A stretch of 64,000 nucleotides of DNA from an uncultured delta proteobacterium (lineage in GTDB: Bacteria; Myxococcota_A; Polyangia; Polyangiales; Polyangiaceae): positions 288,001 to 352,000 of the forward strand of contig CAVOKF010000006.1 of NCBI GenBank assembly GCA_963696385.1. The letters run 5' to 3'. Position numbers and translations under genes: made by a program. Within the stretch, counting starts at the first letter, position 1. Every line of letters begins with the position of its first letter. Of this stretch, positions 39,261 to 48,642 are shown piece after piece. The notes under the pieces were generated by a model. It had not been told where the DNA came from, ran no database searches, and saw only the letters and a program-made list of their open reading frames with translations.

Positions 39261-40298
39261 ATGACCGTGATGCTGACCGGCGCCACGGGACACGTGGGCG
39301 CGAACCTCCTCCATTGCTTGCTGGGTCGGGGTGAGCGTGTACGCGTCTTGGTTCGGCCGGGGTCGCCTCGCGAGGCGATTCGCGGCGTGGACGTCGAAGT
39401 CGTCGAAGGCGATCTGCGCGACGTGTCGGCGCTCGGCCCAGCCCTGGTCGGATGCGATCGGGTCTACCATTGCGCCGCGAAGGTGCAGACCGTCCAGGGC
39501 GGCGAGGCCGAGCTCTTCGCGATCAACGTTCTTGGAACGCGCAATCTGCTGACCGCGGCCAAAAACGCGCATGCGCGACGGGTGGTCGTCACGAGTTCGC
39601 TCGGGGCGGTGGGCCATCCCGAGGCACGCCCGTGCAACGAGCAGGACCCGTTCAATCCCTTCGACCCTCACCTGCCCTACGAGGAATCGAAGGCGTGGGT
39701 CGAGCACGAGTGCCTGCGGGCGACGTGCGACGGCCTCGACGTGGTGATGGCGGTCTCCACCGCGGTGCTCGGGCCACACGACCATGGGCCTTCGCGCATG
39801 GGTCGCGTCATCGCCGACTTCGCGAACGGCGATCTGCGCGCAACCATCCCCGGCGGCTTCGAGTTCGTCTCCGCCGACGACCTCGCTCAGGGCCATGTGT
39901 TGTGCATGGACAAGGGCCGTCCGGGGCAGCGATACATCTTCAGCACGGAGTTTCTGACGATCGACACTCTCATGGAAATGCTCGAGCGCATCACGGGCCG
40001 ACGCCGCCCGGTTCGCCTTCCGCCCGCGCTGATGATGGGGATCGCACGGGTCTCGACGTGGGTCGTCGGGCGGCTGGCTCCCGATCGCCCGCTGCGATTC
40101 ACGCCCGATGCGGTGCGGCTGTTGCAAATGCAGCGGCGTGCAGACATCACTCGCGCCAAGACCGAGCTCGGATACGTTCCCACCTCCATCGAGAGCGCGG
40201 TGCGAAGGGCGTACGAATGGTTCGTGGCCAGCGGGCGCATCCGGAGCGCATCGGCACCGAAAATGTTGCCCCGTGAGGGCGAGAAGGAATCGTCATGA
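39261..40298 (+). CDS. NAD-dependent epimerase/dehydratase (3beta-HSD/HpnA-like extended SDR)
   Basis: TGATGHVG, YHCAA, YEESK, GQRYIF. Confidence 0.88.
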   Translation: MTVMLTGATGHVGANLLHCLLGRGERVRVLVRPGSPREAIRGVDVEVVEGDLRDVSALGPALVGCDRVYHCAAKVQTVQGGEAELFAINVLGTRNLLTAAKNAHARRVVVTSSLGAVGHPEARPCNEQDPFNPFDPHLPYEESKAWVEHECLRATCDGLDVVMAVSTAVLGPHDHGPSRMGRVIADFANGDLRATIPGGFEFVSADDLAQGHVLCMDKGRPGQRYIFSTEFLTIDTLMEMLERITGRRRPVRLPPALMMGIARVSTWVVGRLAPDRPLRFTPDAVRLLQMQRRADITRAKTELGYVPTSIESAVRRAYEWFVASGRIRSASAPKMLPREGEKESS

Positions 40299-41449
40299 CG
40301 CTCGTGCAGCTCTCGCGAAGGCCCGCGCCCGACTACGACCGCGCGACGACTCGTCGCCAAAAACAGCGGGCCGCGGGACTCCACCCCGACTATTGGTATC
40401 CGGCGTTGTGGGATCGCGAACTGGCGATCGGCGCCGTCTCGGAAGTCGTGTTTTGGAAGCACTCGATCGTCGTCTACCGCGGACAGGATGGCAAGGTACG
40501 GGCGCTCGAGAACCGCTGCGCGCATCGGCAGCTCAAGCTCTCGAAGGGCAACGTCGAGGAATGCCGGCTGACGTGCTCGTACCACGGCTGGAGCTACGAC
40601 GAGACGGGCAAGTGCGTGAGCATTTCGCATTCGCTTTTCGGACACAAGTTGCCGAATGTGCAGATCCGCTCGTATCCGGTGATGGTGCGCTACGGCATCA
40701 TCTTCGTGTTCCCGGGCGACGCCGATCGGGCACGTTCGACCGACATTCCCGACATCCCCGAGTGGGACGCGCGCAGTGGTTGGGGCAAGATCGCGATCGA
40801 CTTCACGTGGCGGGCGCACCACTCGATCATCATCGACAACACGTGCGACTTCACTCATGCGTACCTGCACCGCAATCGGCGGCCGTTCACCTATGCCGAG
40901 CTACGCCATCTCGAGACGGTCGGGGATGCGGTCGACCTCGAATACGAAACGCAGGTGGGCCAGGGGCGATTCTCGAAGTTCTTCGTGAACCGAAAGAAGA
41001 CGGACACCGATTCGATGAAGCTCGGCTACCGGTATCCGTACCAGTGGTCCTCGACCGGCGACAAGATCAAGCATTGGTGCTTCGTTCTGCCGATCGACGA
41101 GCGGACGACGCGTGTTTTCTTCCTGTTTTATTTCCATCCGGACACCGTCAAGATCCCTCTCGTGCCGCTGCGCGTCCCCGCGTGGTGCCTGCCGCCGATC
41201 ATGGGACTGGTCAAGGAGCTCATCGTGCGGCCGCTTCTCGAGGAAGATCGCGTCGCGGTCGAAGCCGAGCAAGAGGGGTATGAGGCGCACTTCGAGAGAC
41301 CGGTGCCGGATCTGAATCCCGTCGTGCACGCGTTCCAAGCGCTGACCATCAAAAAGTGGGAAGCTCATTTGGCCGCGCAGCCCGGCGGGCGGATGACCCC
41401 GCCGGCAGACGAGCAATCGGCCGTCTCGGAGACTGCGGCGCCCTGTTGA
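40295..41449 (+). CDS. Rieske non-heme iron oxygenase
   Basis: CAH...CSYHGW [2Fe-2S] motif; DNTCDFTHAYLH mononuclear Fe motif; ATGA overlap with upstream gene. Confidence 0.92.
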   Translation: MTLVQLSRRPAPDYDRATTRRQKQRAAGLHPDYWYPALWDRELAIGAVSEVVFWKHSIVVYRGQDGKVRALENRCAHRQLKLSKGNVEECRLTCSYHGWSYDETGKCVSISHSLFGHKLPNVQIRSYPVMVRYGIIFVFPGDADRARSTDIPDIPEWDARSGWGKIAIDFTWRAHHSIIIDNTCDFTHAYLHRNRRPFTYAELRHLETVGDAVDLEYETQVGQGRFSKFFVNRKKTDTDSMKLGYRYPYQWSSTGDKIKHWCFVLPIDERTTRVFFLFYFHPDTVKIPLVPLRVPAWCLPPIMGLVKELIVRPLLEEDRVAVEAEQEGYEAHFERPVPDLNPVVHAFQALTIKKWEAHLAAQPGGRMTPPADEQSAVSETAAPC

Positions 41450-41498
41450 ACGGTACCCCGCTACGCTGGGTACGCCTGCGTTGCAGGCTGGCGCTGTA

Positions 41499-42170
41499 CT
41501 AAAGAGCGATCCGCGAGGCTCGGGTCAGAGTGAGGGCCCTTCCGTGATCCTGGCCGATGGTGCGCACGATCGCCTCGGCGATGGGTTCGATGTCCGAGCG
41601 ACGCTCGCGGAGCGCAGGCACATGTATGCCGAGGACGTTCAGGCGGTAGTAGAGGTCGTCACGCAGGCGCTTCCCTTGGACGAGTTCGCGGCGTCGATTT
41701 TACCTTCAATTCGCCGGACGGCGGTGCTGTGCGCGCCCTTTTCGGCACCGAACAGCTCGCTCTCGACGAGCGTCTCCGGTATCGCGCCGCAATTCACGTC
41801 CACGAAAGGGTGTTTGGCGCGAGGCGAGCTCTCGTGCAGCGCGCGTGCGAATGCCGATTTGCCGGTGCCGCTCTCCCCTGTGAAGAGCACCGGAAGCGGC
41901 ACCTTTTTGGCGACTGTGAGGAGCCGGAAGACCTCCACGAGCGCGCGGCTTCGCCCCGCGATCCGCCCCACCTCGAGGCGTGCTCGCAGAGCGCCCGTAT
42001 AGTCCGACTCCGCGGAGGCATCTTCTCGCGCCAGGAGCGAGGCATCAAGTGACGAGCAAAGAGCTCCGCGTAGGCCACGTCGTCTTTCGAGAAGGGGCCC
42101 GCTTGCGGGCGATCGGTCAGGTAAAGAACGCCGATCGCGGGATCGCCGACGGGGGCGCAGAGAACCGCGC
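41499..42170 (-). pseudogene. Degraded GAF-sigma54 AAA+ activator remnant
   Basis: GAF tail AVLCAPVG...GVLYL; frameshift; GESGTGKS, VNCGAIPETLVESELFG; deletion of Walker B region near 41687; then DDLYYRLNV..PALRER in another frame; no HTH. Confidence 0.85.
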
Positions 42171-42232
42171 AAGAACAAAAGACGTGGAGACACGCATGAC
42201 CGTGCGGCCCTTAGGCGATGCCTCGGACTTGG

Positions 42233-42556
42233 TTACCGGCGGTCGGCCCAGTAGCCGGGCCGACGCTTGGCGTGAGCGACGGCAAGCACGATCGCGATCC
42301 CCGCTCGGATGTAGAAGAATACGACAAATGGGTACGTTCTCGGAAGGACAGCGCGACGGACCACGTAGAAAATCGGGCGCCCATTCTGCACGGCGAGCAA
42401 GCCGTGCTCGGGGAACTGCTCGGGCGCTGAGCGAATGCGCGCGAAGATGTCTCGCAGCATTCGGTCAAAACGAACGGAGGCCCCCAAGTTAGCCATCCGA
42501 CGAATCACACGCCGACGCTCGTCCAGCGCCTCGGGATGAACGCGGAGGGGGATCAC
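42233..42556 (-). CDS. RelE/ParE family toxin
   Basis: HPEALDE, VRRAVL..YPFVVFF, VLAVAHAKRRPGYW; GTG overlaps antitoxin stop. Confidence 0.85.
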   Translation of the reverse strand: MIPLRVHPEALDERRRVIRRMANLGASVRFDRMLRDIFARIRSAPEQFPEHGLLAVQNGRPIFYVVRRAVLPRTYPFVVFFYIRAGIAIVLAVAHAKRRPGYWADRR

Positions 42557-42768
42557 TCGTCGTCGTTCGCGAAGAACTCTTCTTCCGTGAGGAGCGTGAC
42601 TTCGCCGCGTTCGATTTGGCTCATGCGGCCCGCGAGCTCGTCATTCCACGCAGCGGTCCATTCGGGCTCGCCAAGCTCAGCGGAGCCGAGCTCTGCGCGC
42701 AACTCCGCGCGCTCTTGCTCGCTCATTTCCGAGACCAGCTCAAGAACAGCTCGGACGCGCGGTGACAT
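42553..42768 (-). CDS. Addiction-module antitoxin
   Basis: 71 aa, acidic; ERAEL...AAWNDEL..R..QIERGEV pattern. Confidence 0.82.
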   Translation of the reverse strand: MSPRVRAVLELVSEMSEQERAELRAELGSAELGEPEWTAAWNDELAGRMSQIERGEVTLLTEEEFFANDDE

Positions 42769-43029
42769 GCGCACAGCCTGACCCCGGCGGGCTGGCGCGT
42801 CTAGTGCTCGTGCACAAATCGGGTTCGCCGGTCGGGTAGGCGAGAGGCGCGGGTGGTTTAGGTCGTCGCTTGGCCGTATCCGATGCGCACGCCTCGCGAA
42901 GTCTTCGAGTAGATTGGCCGGCCTCACTTTTTCCCGTACGGCAACATGTGCCGACCGCCGTTGGGCCGAGCACAAATGGAAGGATCTCCCCGAATCAGGC
43001 ACGACGGTCGAGACCGGCTAAGACCGTTC

Positions 43030-43126
43030 CCTTGGGGGCTTCGCCCCAAACGCCCAAACGCCCAATCGCCTTCCGGCGATTGAAGTACACCGCCCGGCTG
43101 ATCCCTTTGTTCTGGGCGGCGTACTT
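43030..43126. repeat. REP/MITE-like composite hairpin element, copy C (full)
   Basis: Same three hairpins as copy A; IR 43083-43095/43114-43126 with one mismatch; internal cgcccaaa duplication. Confidence 0.85.
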
Positions 43127-43132
43127 AGCGCC

Positions 43133-44785
43133 TCAATTCTTTCCCGGCACTTCGCAATATCCAAGAAAGCAGGTGGTACGACCCGTCTCAGGGCATTGAC
43201 CGTTTGAACTGCACTCCAAGCATTCCGGTGGCAGCGAAGAAGGCGGTGAGAGTACTTTTTGGAGAAAATGACAATCGCACGACTGCACCGTGGATGGCTC
43301 CAACGGACCTAGTTCTTCGCCCACTTGTTGTGGTACCTGTTGAACGTTCATCGCGCATGCCGGGATAAGGTTGGCACTGATAAAGGCATCGATGAGCGAC
43401 TCGGCGATGGTGGCACCACCGAAATAGTTGACGAATGCGGTCGCCGCCGTCAAATTTGAATTCAAATTTGAATTCAAATAGAAGAAGTGAAGCGGTCCCC
43501 AAATCGGGTAGTGACCGTCGCGCACGTTTTGTTTGTCGTACGACGCGGCGGTGGAATCGGGCAAATAAGCAGCGCGCTGCCCCGCTGCCTGGTAGGCAAG
43601 CGTCTGCATGTTGTTCAAGTTGAGTGTGGGGTTGCTGCGGTCACTGTCGTAGACGGAGAGAGAGAGAATGCCGATCGCTTCGTCCGCGTTGGCACCGGAC
43701 GCCTGAGCGATAAGAAAGTTGACCACTTCACTTGCGGAGCCCTGATCAATTCCCCAGAACTGGTCCGCCGGAACACCGATTGCCTTGCCAATCATCTGTT
43801 GGGTTCCGGTGTTCTTGTTCCGAATGGCGTAGAAAGTGGGATCGATCCAGGGGACGTATGTCGGGTTCCAGGAACTCATAACGCCGTTCATGCCGCCCGT
43901 GCCGAAGACTTCGCGGGCGGCCTCCTGGCTGATCGAGGTTGCGTGCGAAGTCTTCGGCACGACGAACGCCATCGCCTGGATAGGACCGTGGATGTCCGGC
44001 ACCTGCATCTGGTTCGTGTACGAGGAATACGCGGGGCACGTCGATGCGTAGACGTCCGACTCTCCAACGTCCACGGGCACTCCTCCGTCACCCACCAAGC
44101 AAGCGGTTGTTTTGCCGTCCGGCCCGTAATATTGTGCGTAAGCGGACGCGGGTGAGCCGGCGTCTGGGTCCTGCATCATGTACGGGGTGCCGGTGCTGTT
44201 CGGGCCATAGACCGACTGAACCCCCGTGCACGAGTTGCTCGTTTGCCAGACCACGGAGGGCCCTGCCGCTCCGCTGTCGCCAAGGCCCGTTGCCAAAAGG
44301 GGTGCCACGACGGCCAGTAGCGTGGGGAAGTTACTGGAACCCGTGGCATACACGACGTTGGGCCCCGCTAAAGACTGACAGCTCTGCGTAACCGTCGGAG
44401 GCGGGGTGTTACTCGTTGCGGCGGGGGGGTTCATCGGACCGACGAGCGCCGGTCCCCCATCGGGATCGCAAACGCCGAGAGCCGTGCAATTGTCGAAGAC
44501 CACGTAATCGCCGTTCGCGTTATCCGCACCGGTGGTGCACGCATTCTCGTACTCGGGGCTCGAGTCCGGTGCGCCGAGAAAACAGGGAACTTTCGTGTTC
44601 ACGCAGGCGCCGTCTACGCAGGACGGCAGAACACCCAAGCTCAAGCAGTCGGCGTTGGTGTGGCATTCCGTCGTGCTGCGGTTGAGGAGCACACTGCACG
44701 CCGCGGAAGCCAGGAGGCCTACGACGGCGATCGCAGCCGCGATTCGGTGCGGACGGCGTACTTCGATCGAAAGTAAAGATCGCAT
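43133..44785 (-). CDS. Cys-rich lipoprotein with PstS-like substrate-binding domain
   Basis: Lipobox SAAC; YATGSS, SCTGV, AMAFVV, RNKNTGTQQMI, VRDGHYPIWGPLHF; Cys-rich ends. Confidence 0.7.
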   Translation of the reverse strand: MRSLLSIEVRRPHRIAAAIAVVGLLASAACSVLLNRSTTECHTNADCLSLGVLPSCVDGACVNTKVPCFLGAPDSSPEYENACTTGADNANGDYVVFDNCTALGVCDPDGGPALVGPMNPPAATSNTPPPTVTQSCQSLAGPNVVYATGSSNFPTLLAVVAPLLATGLGDSGAAGPSVVWQTSNSCTGVQSVYGPNSTGTPYMMQDPDAGSPASAYAQYYGPDGKTTACLVGDGGVPVDVGESDVYASTCPAYSSYTNQMQVPDIHGPIQAMAFVVPKTSHATSISQEAAREVFGTGGMNGVMSSWNPTYVPWIDPTFYAIRNKNTGTQQMIGKAIGVPADQFWGIDQGSASEVVNFLIAQASGANADEAIGILSLSVYDSDRSNPTLNLNNMQTLAYQAAGQRAAYLPDSTAASYDKQNVRDGHYPIWGPLHFFYLNSNLNSNLTAATAFVNYFGGATIAESLIDAFISANLIPACAMNVQQVPQQVGEELGPLEPSTVQSCDCHFLQKVLSPPSSLPPECLECSSNGQCPETGRTTCFLGYCEVPGKN

Positions 44786-44817
44786 GACAGGCAAGTCCCG
44801 ATTCAGCAAGCTCCGAC

Positions 44818-45813
44818 TCAGAAGGTCATTTCGAAACGCGCCGAGGTCGGCCCTATCGCCACGTGGGCGGCGGGCCCCGCGCCGACCGGCTGCCCGTCGG
44901 GTGCAGCCGATAGGGTCCAGACCAGCGAAATCGCACCCGCGACGATGGCGGCGGCCCCGAGGGAGTCGGCGACGACCGCGTAGCTGCCGGTCAGGTTCGC
45001 ATCGTGGGTGAGCGTCGCGCTCGTGGTCAGCCCGCTGCGGGCGCGGCTCAGCACGCCGGCCTCGTGGATGGCCAGGATTCCAAGGGTCGCCCCTCCGGCG
45101 GCGAGCGCCGCGGTCGTGATCCAGCCCGCCCACCGGACCGTCGGCGAGACGTGCGTGTGCCACGTCGCCGCGCCCGCGACCTTCGGTTCCGGCGTCGACG
45201 GCGAAATGGGGGCCTCGACCGCGGTGGGCAACGCGATGGCCATCGCGACCTCTTCGCCCGCGGCCACGTCGATGAAGCGGGTCACCGGCGGGATTCCGGC
45301 CATCGATGCGACCACTTTGCGGTGTCCCACGCTGACCAGAAGCGACGCGCCGAGCGGGGTTTTTCCCACCGGTTCATCGTCGATCGTGATGTCGGCGCCG
45401 CCCGGAATCGTCGTCACGTTCAGGTGGCCGACGCGCGCTGCGAGCAGCGCAACGCTCGCCTCGACCTCGGCGCGATGGGTTTCGCCGGGCCCGAATTCCG
45501 AGAGAAACCGTCGGAACGTTTGAAGGGCGCCCGCGTAGTCTTGTAGCTGGAATTGCGCTTCGCCGAGGTCGTAGAGAGCCGCAGAGCTCGGGACGAGCGC
45601 GTAGGCCCGTTTGAACTCCACCAAGGCGCCCGCGTAGTTCGCTTCGCCGTAGAGTTCGACGCCTCGCCGAAAGTGCGCCCCCGCGCGAGACACGTTCGGG
45701 GACTCGATCCCTTGCGCGGTTTGCGCAGCGACATCGCCCGCGTGTGCGACTGCGGTGAGGACCAAGGCCAAGGCCACCGCGCCGACTCGCCCGGCGAGGC
45801 GTTCGAATTTCAT
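44818..45813 (-). CDS. TPR + PEGA domain protein
   Basis: Signal peptide; HFRRGVELY...EFKRAY TPR; GADITIDDEPVGKTPL PEGA; C-terminal Phe. Confidence 0.85.
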   Translation of the reverse strand: MKFERLAGRVGAVALALVLTAVAHAGDVAAQTAQGIESPNVSRAGAHFRRGVELYGEANYAGALVEFKRAYALVPSSAALYDLGEAQFQLQDYAGALQTFRRFLSEFGPGETHRAEVEASVALLAARVGHLNVTTIPGGADITIDDEPVGKTPLGASLLVSVGHRKVVASMAGIPPVTRFIDVAAGEEVAMAIALPTAVEAPISPSTPEPKVAGAATWHTHVSPTVRWAGWITTAALAAGGATLGILAIHEAGVLSRARSGLTTSATLTHDANLTGSYAVVADSLGAAAIVAGAISLVWTLSAAPDGQPVGAGPAAHVAIGPTSARFEMTF

Positions 45814-46052
45814 GGCGTGCCGCACGGATCCTTCGCTTTTGCCCCTTCGGTCCGAGTTCGATCGATTCGATACTTCCATGTGACCGCACTTCCGATTTCG
45901 AAAGCCAGCCACGCGATACCGTCACCCATACGATTCACCGCCAGTGCGCGAACGCCTGCTCGTGCCCGCCGACTTCGCCTATACCCGGGGAGGGGACGGC
46001 TTGCAAGCCTCGCTCGCTTACACGCGATAACAGACCGCGAGTCTCCCCCTTC

Positions 46053-47031
46053 TTACCCCTGACGCGCCTGACCGAGTCCTGCCTGCCGCGATCCTCCGCC
46101 GGCCTCCTGGGCTGCGAACTTCGCGTCGACTGTGCTGACCGGGGCCGCGCCGTTTCCCGCCGCGGTGTCGGCGAGCCCCTCGCTGCCGCGACGCCGAAGG
46201 TAGCCGCCCTCGACGAAGGACTGGAAGTCGCGAAAATTGATGGAACTGGTTCGAGATGGAATTCAAATCGCCTGTATCGCTGAGCAACGTCATCGCCTGA
46301 AGCAACGCGCTGGCCGCCGCGTACAAGGCGGGCGTCGAATAGAGCACGATCGTGAAACCCAGGTCGTGCAGCTCGCGCGACTTGAGGAGCGGCGTCTTGC
46401 CGCCGAAAATCAGGTTGATCACCTTGTGACCGGGAACCTCGTCGGCGACTCGTTTGAGCGCGTCGAGCGACGGCAGGCCGTCGATCAAGACCAGGTCGGC
46501 GCCCGCGGCATGAAATTGTTTGGCGCGCAGGATCCCTTCGTCGAGCGACATCGCGTCGGTCCGCGCGACGATGCACATCGGAGTCTGTCGTGCTCGGAGC
46601 GCGCAATCGAGTTTTCGCATGTATTGATCGAGCGGAATGACCTGTTTGCCTCCGGCATGTCCGCAACGTTTCGGAAATACCTGGTCCTCCAGAATCATCG
46701 CCGCCGAGCCGGCACGTTCGAGCTCGTTCACCGTGCGGACGACATTGTTTTCGTTGCCGTATCCGTTGTCCGCATCCACGACCAACGGAATATGCAACGC
46801 ACTGGCAACATTTCTCGTCACCGACGCGGTCTCGACCAGGCTCGTCAGCCCGATGTCCGGGCTACCCAGGAAGCTCGCCGCGACTCCGTACCCGCTCATG
46901 AAGACGGCTTTGAACCCTGCTTTCTCGAGGATCATCGCGCTCAAAACGTCGTAACACCCCGGAACCGCGAGCCCTTCCCGGCTCGCGATGAACGTGCGCA
47001 ACTTTTCAGCCATTCCGTTGATCGATTGCAT
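46053..47031 (-). CDS. Isocitrate lyase/PEP mutase family protein (probable 1-bp frameshift near 46248)
   Basis: MSGYG, DADNGYG, EDQVFPKRCGH, ARTDA; alternative frame gives SINFRDFQSFVE and a stop at 46053. Confidence 0.88.
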
Positions 47032-47442
47032 GAACCATTACCTCGAGGGGATCGAAACGCTGCGTGGCGAAGATCTATCGCGACTTCGGGCGTTCTCTCT
47101 GAAAACGAAATACCTTATATCGAGAATCGACCGACACCCACGAAGGGATCCGTCGGACGCAAAGTTGGGATATACATGCCTTTTTCGCCATTCGCAAGGC
47201 GTCCGGCTGGCTCGGTCGGTCGCCGGTCCGGCCGCTCCGGCGTCTCCTGGCGTGCCCGGCGACGTCCGAGCAAGTACCGCGCCAGGCCTCGGAGTGTGCC
47301 TACCGCACCGACTTGTCGTGGTCACGCGGCCGACACCTTTTTGCCATCGGTCGGCGGTCCGGCCCAGACGCCACGGCCGCGACGCGTCGCGCAGGGCGCG
47401 AGACGCGGGGCGCTGAGGGACGGTCCGTCGCGGGACGGCAAC

Positions 47443-47976
47443 TCAAAGAGACGCTGCTGGCGGCGGCGACGCACTCGAGGCCGCATCGGCCCCCGTAGCT
47501 TGGGCGAGGATCTCGGCAGCCGTCTGAAACGCTTGCCTCACCGCGCTCGACTGCGTCCCCGTCCCGTCGTCGTCCGGTCGGTACGATCGAGGGGCGATGC
47601 TGGCTCCGCTCGGACCCGTGCTTTGGATCCCCGCGCGTGGCGAGCCCGGGGCGCGGGATCCGGTGGCCCGGAGCGGTTGAAGACGGCCACTTTGCGCAGC
47701 GAGGGTGAACTGGGAGGCGAGGTGCGTCAGATTCTGCGCGTCGACGCCGCCGGCCTGGCTAGCCGCTTGCGTAAAGCTCGCAGCTACCTGTTGAGCCACG
47801 GTGTTGAAGCGAGTTGGTTCCTGCTGCGAGAGTTGCTGCATCTCGTTCAGGAATTGCGCGGGCTGCGAGATCGACGTGGTGATGGCGGGCGCCTTGGGAG
47901 GCGGCGGCAAGGTCTTCGGAGCGGGGAGTCCGGACGGCTCCCACACCTTCTTCTGTTCAATGCTGTTGACGCTCAT
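47443..47976 (-). CDS. Gln/Ser/Ala-rich hypothetical protein, paralogue 1
   Basis: AGGAG RBS; aligns with 56279-56824. Confidence 0.8.
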   Translation of the reverse strand: MSVNSIEQKKVWEPSGLPAPKTLPPPPKAPAITTSISQPAQFLNEMQQLSQQEPTRFNTVAQQVAASFTQAASQAGGVDAQNLTHLASQFTLAAQSGRLQPLRATGSRAPGSPRAGIQSTGPSGASIAPRSYRPDDDGTGTQSSAVRQAFQTAAEILAQATGADAASSASPPPAASL

Positions 47977-48036
47977 CGAGATGGCTCCTGGTTCGGCTTC
48001 GAGCCATGGCGCGAAGTGCGCCCCAGATCGCTGGGA

Positions 48037-48063
48037 TCAACGGCGGAATCGTGAGAACCTTCA
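48037..48063 (-). promoter_or_regulatory. Sigma28-like promoter
   Basis: TGAAG-N14-GCCGTTGA on the minus strand, about 60 bp upstream of the start. Confidence 0.5.
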
Positions 48064-48275
48064 GCGATTCCGTTCTACCGTCGCTTCGCGAATGCGCGTC
48101 CCGCGAATTCGGCCGGATTGTTTGTTGAGCCGATTGTGCCGCGTCGGCCCACGCGCCAGAAGCGCGGGGGTAGGCGCGCTTCCGCGATTCCGTTCGCGAG
48201 CATGCGAGGGACCGTTCGCGGGCCTGCGAGAAATCGTTCACAACGTTCGATAGGGTGCAATGGCGTGGCCGGTCC

Positions 48276-48369
48276 GTGCGACGGCCTTGCCGGTCAGGTG
48301 CGACGGCCTTGCCGGTCAGGTGCGACGGCCTTGCCGGTCAGGTGCGACGGCCTTGCCGGTCAGGTGCGA
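48276..48369. repeat. 22-bp perfect tandem repeat x4 plus partial unit
   Basis: gtgcgacggccttgccggtcag at 48276, 48298, 48320, 48342. Confidence 0.95.
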
Positions 48370-48642
48370 TGGTTGGCGGTAGGGTGAAATGTCGCTTTTC
48401 GGGTGAAACCGAAGATCTCGCGCAGGGCAATCAAAGCCAATCGTTCGCAACCGGCGATTGGAGGGTCAAAAGATATTGAGCCGATCGTCCTCGCGGGCGC
48501 GCGTTTCGCGTTTCACTTTCCCAGTTTCCTCTTGTCCGCCCATTGCCGTTCCCGTACCCTGTCGTTCCTGCCGCGTCGAAAGCGGCCATGGGGCACTTTT
48601 GGCGGGGGCGCGACAACGGCACGCGCCCTGGAGGGCTTAGGC

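Noticed and set aside
41481..42002. 173-aa plus-strand ORF
   Set aside because: It is the antisense reading of the sigma54 activator remnant
48276..48369. 22-bp repeats as a CRISPR array or plasmid origin
   Set aside because: Units are contiguous with no spacers; no cas or rep gene and no AT-rich region
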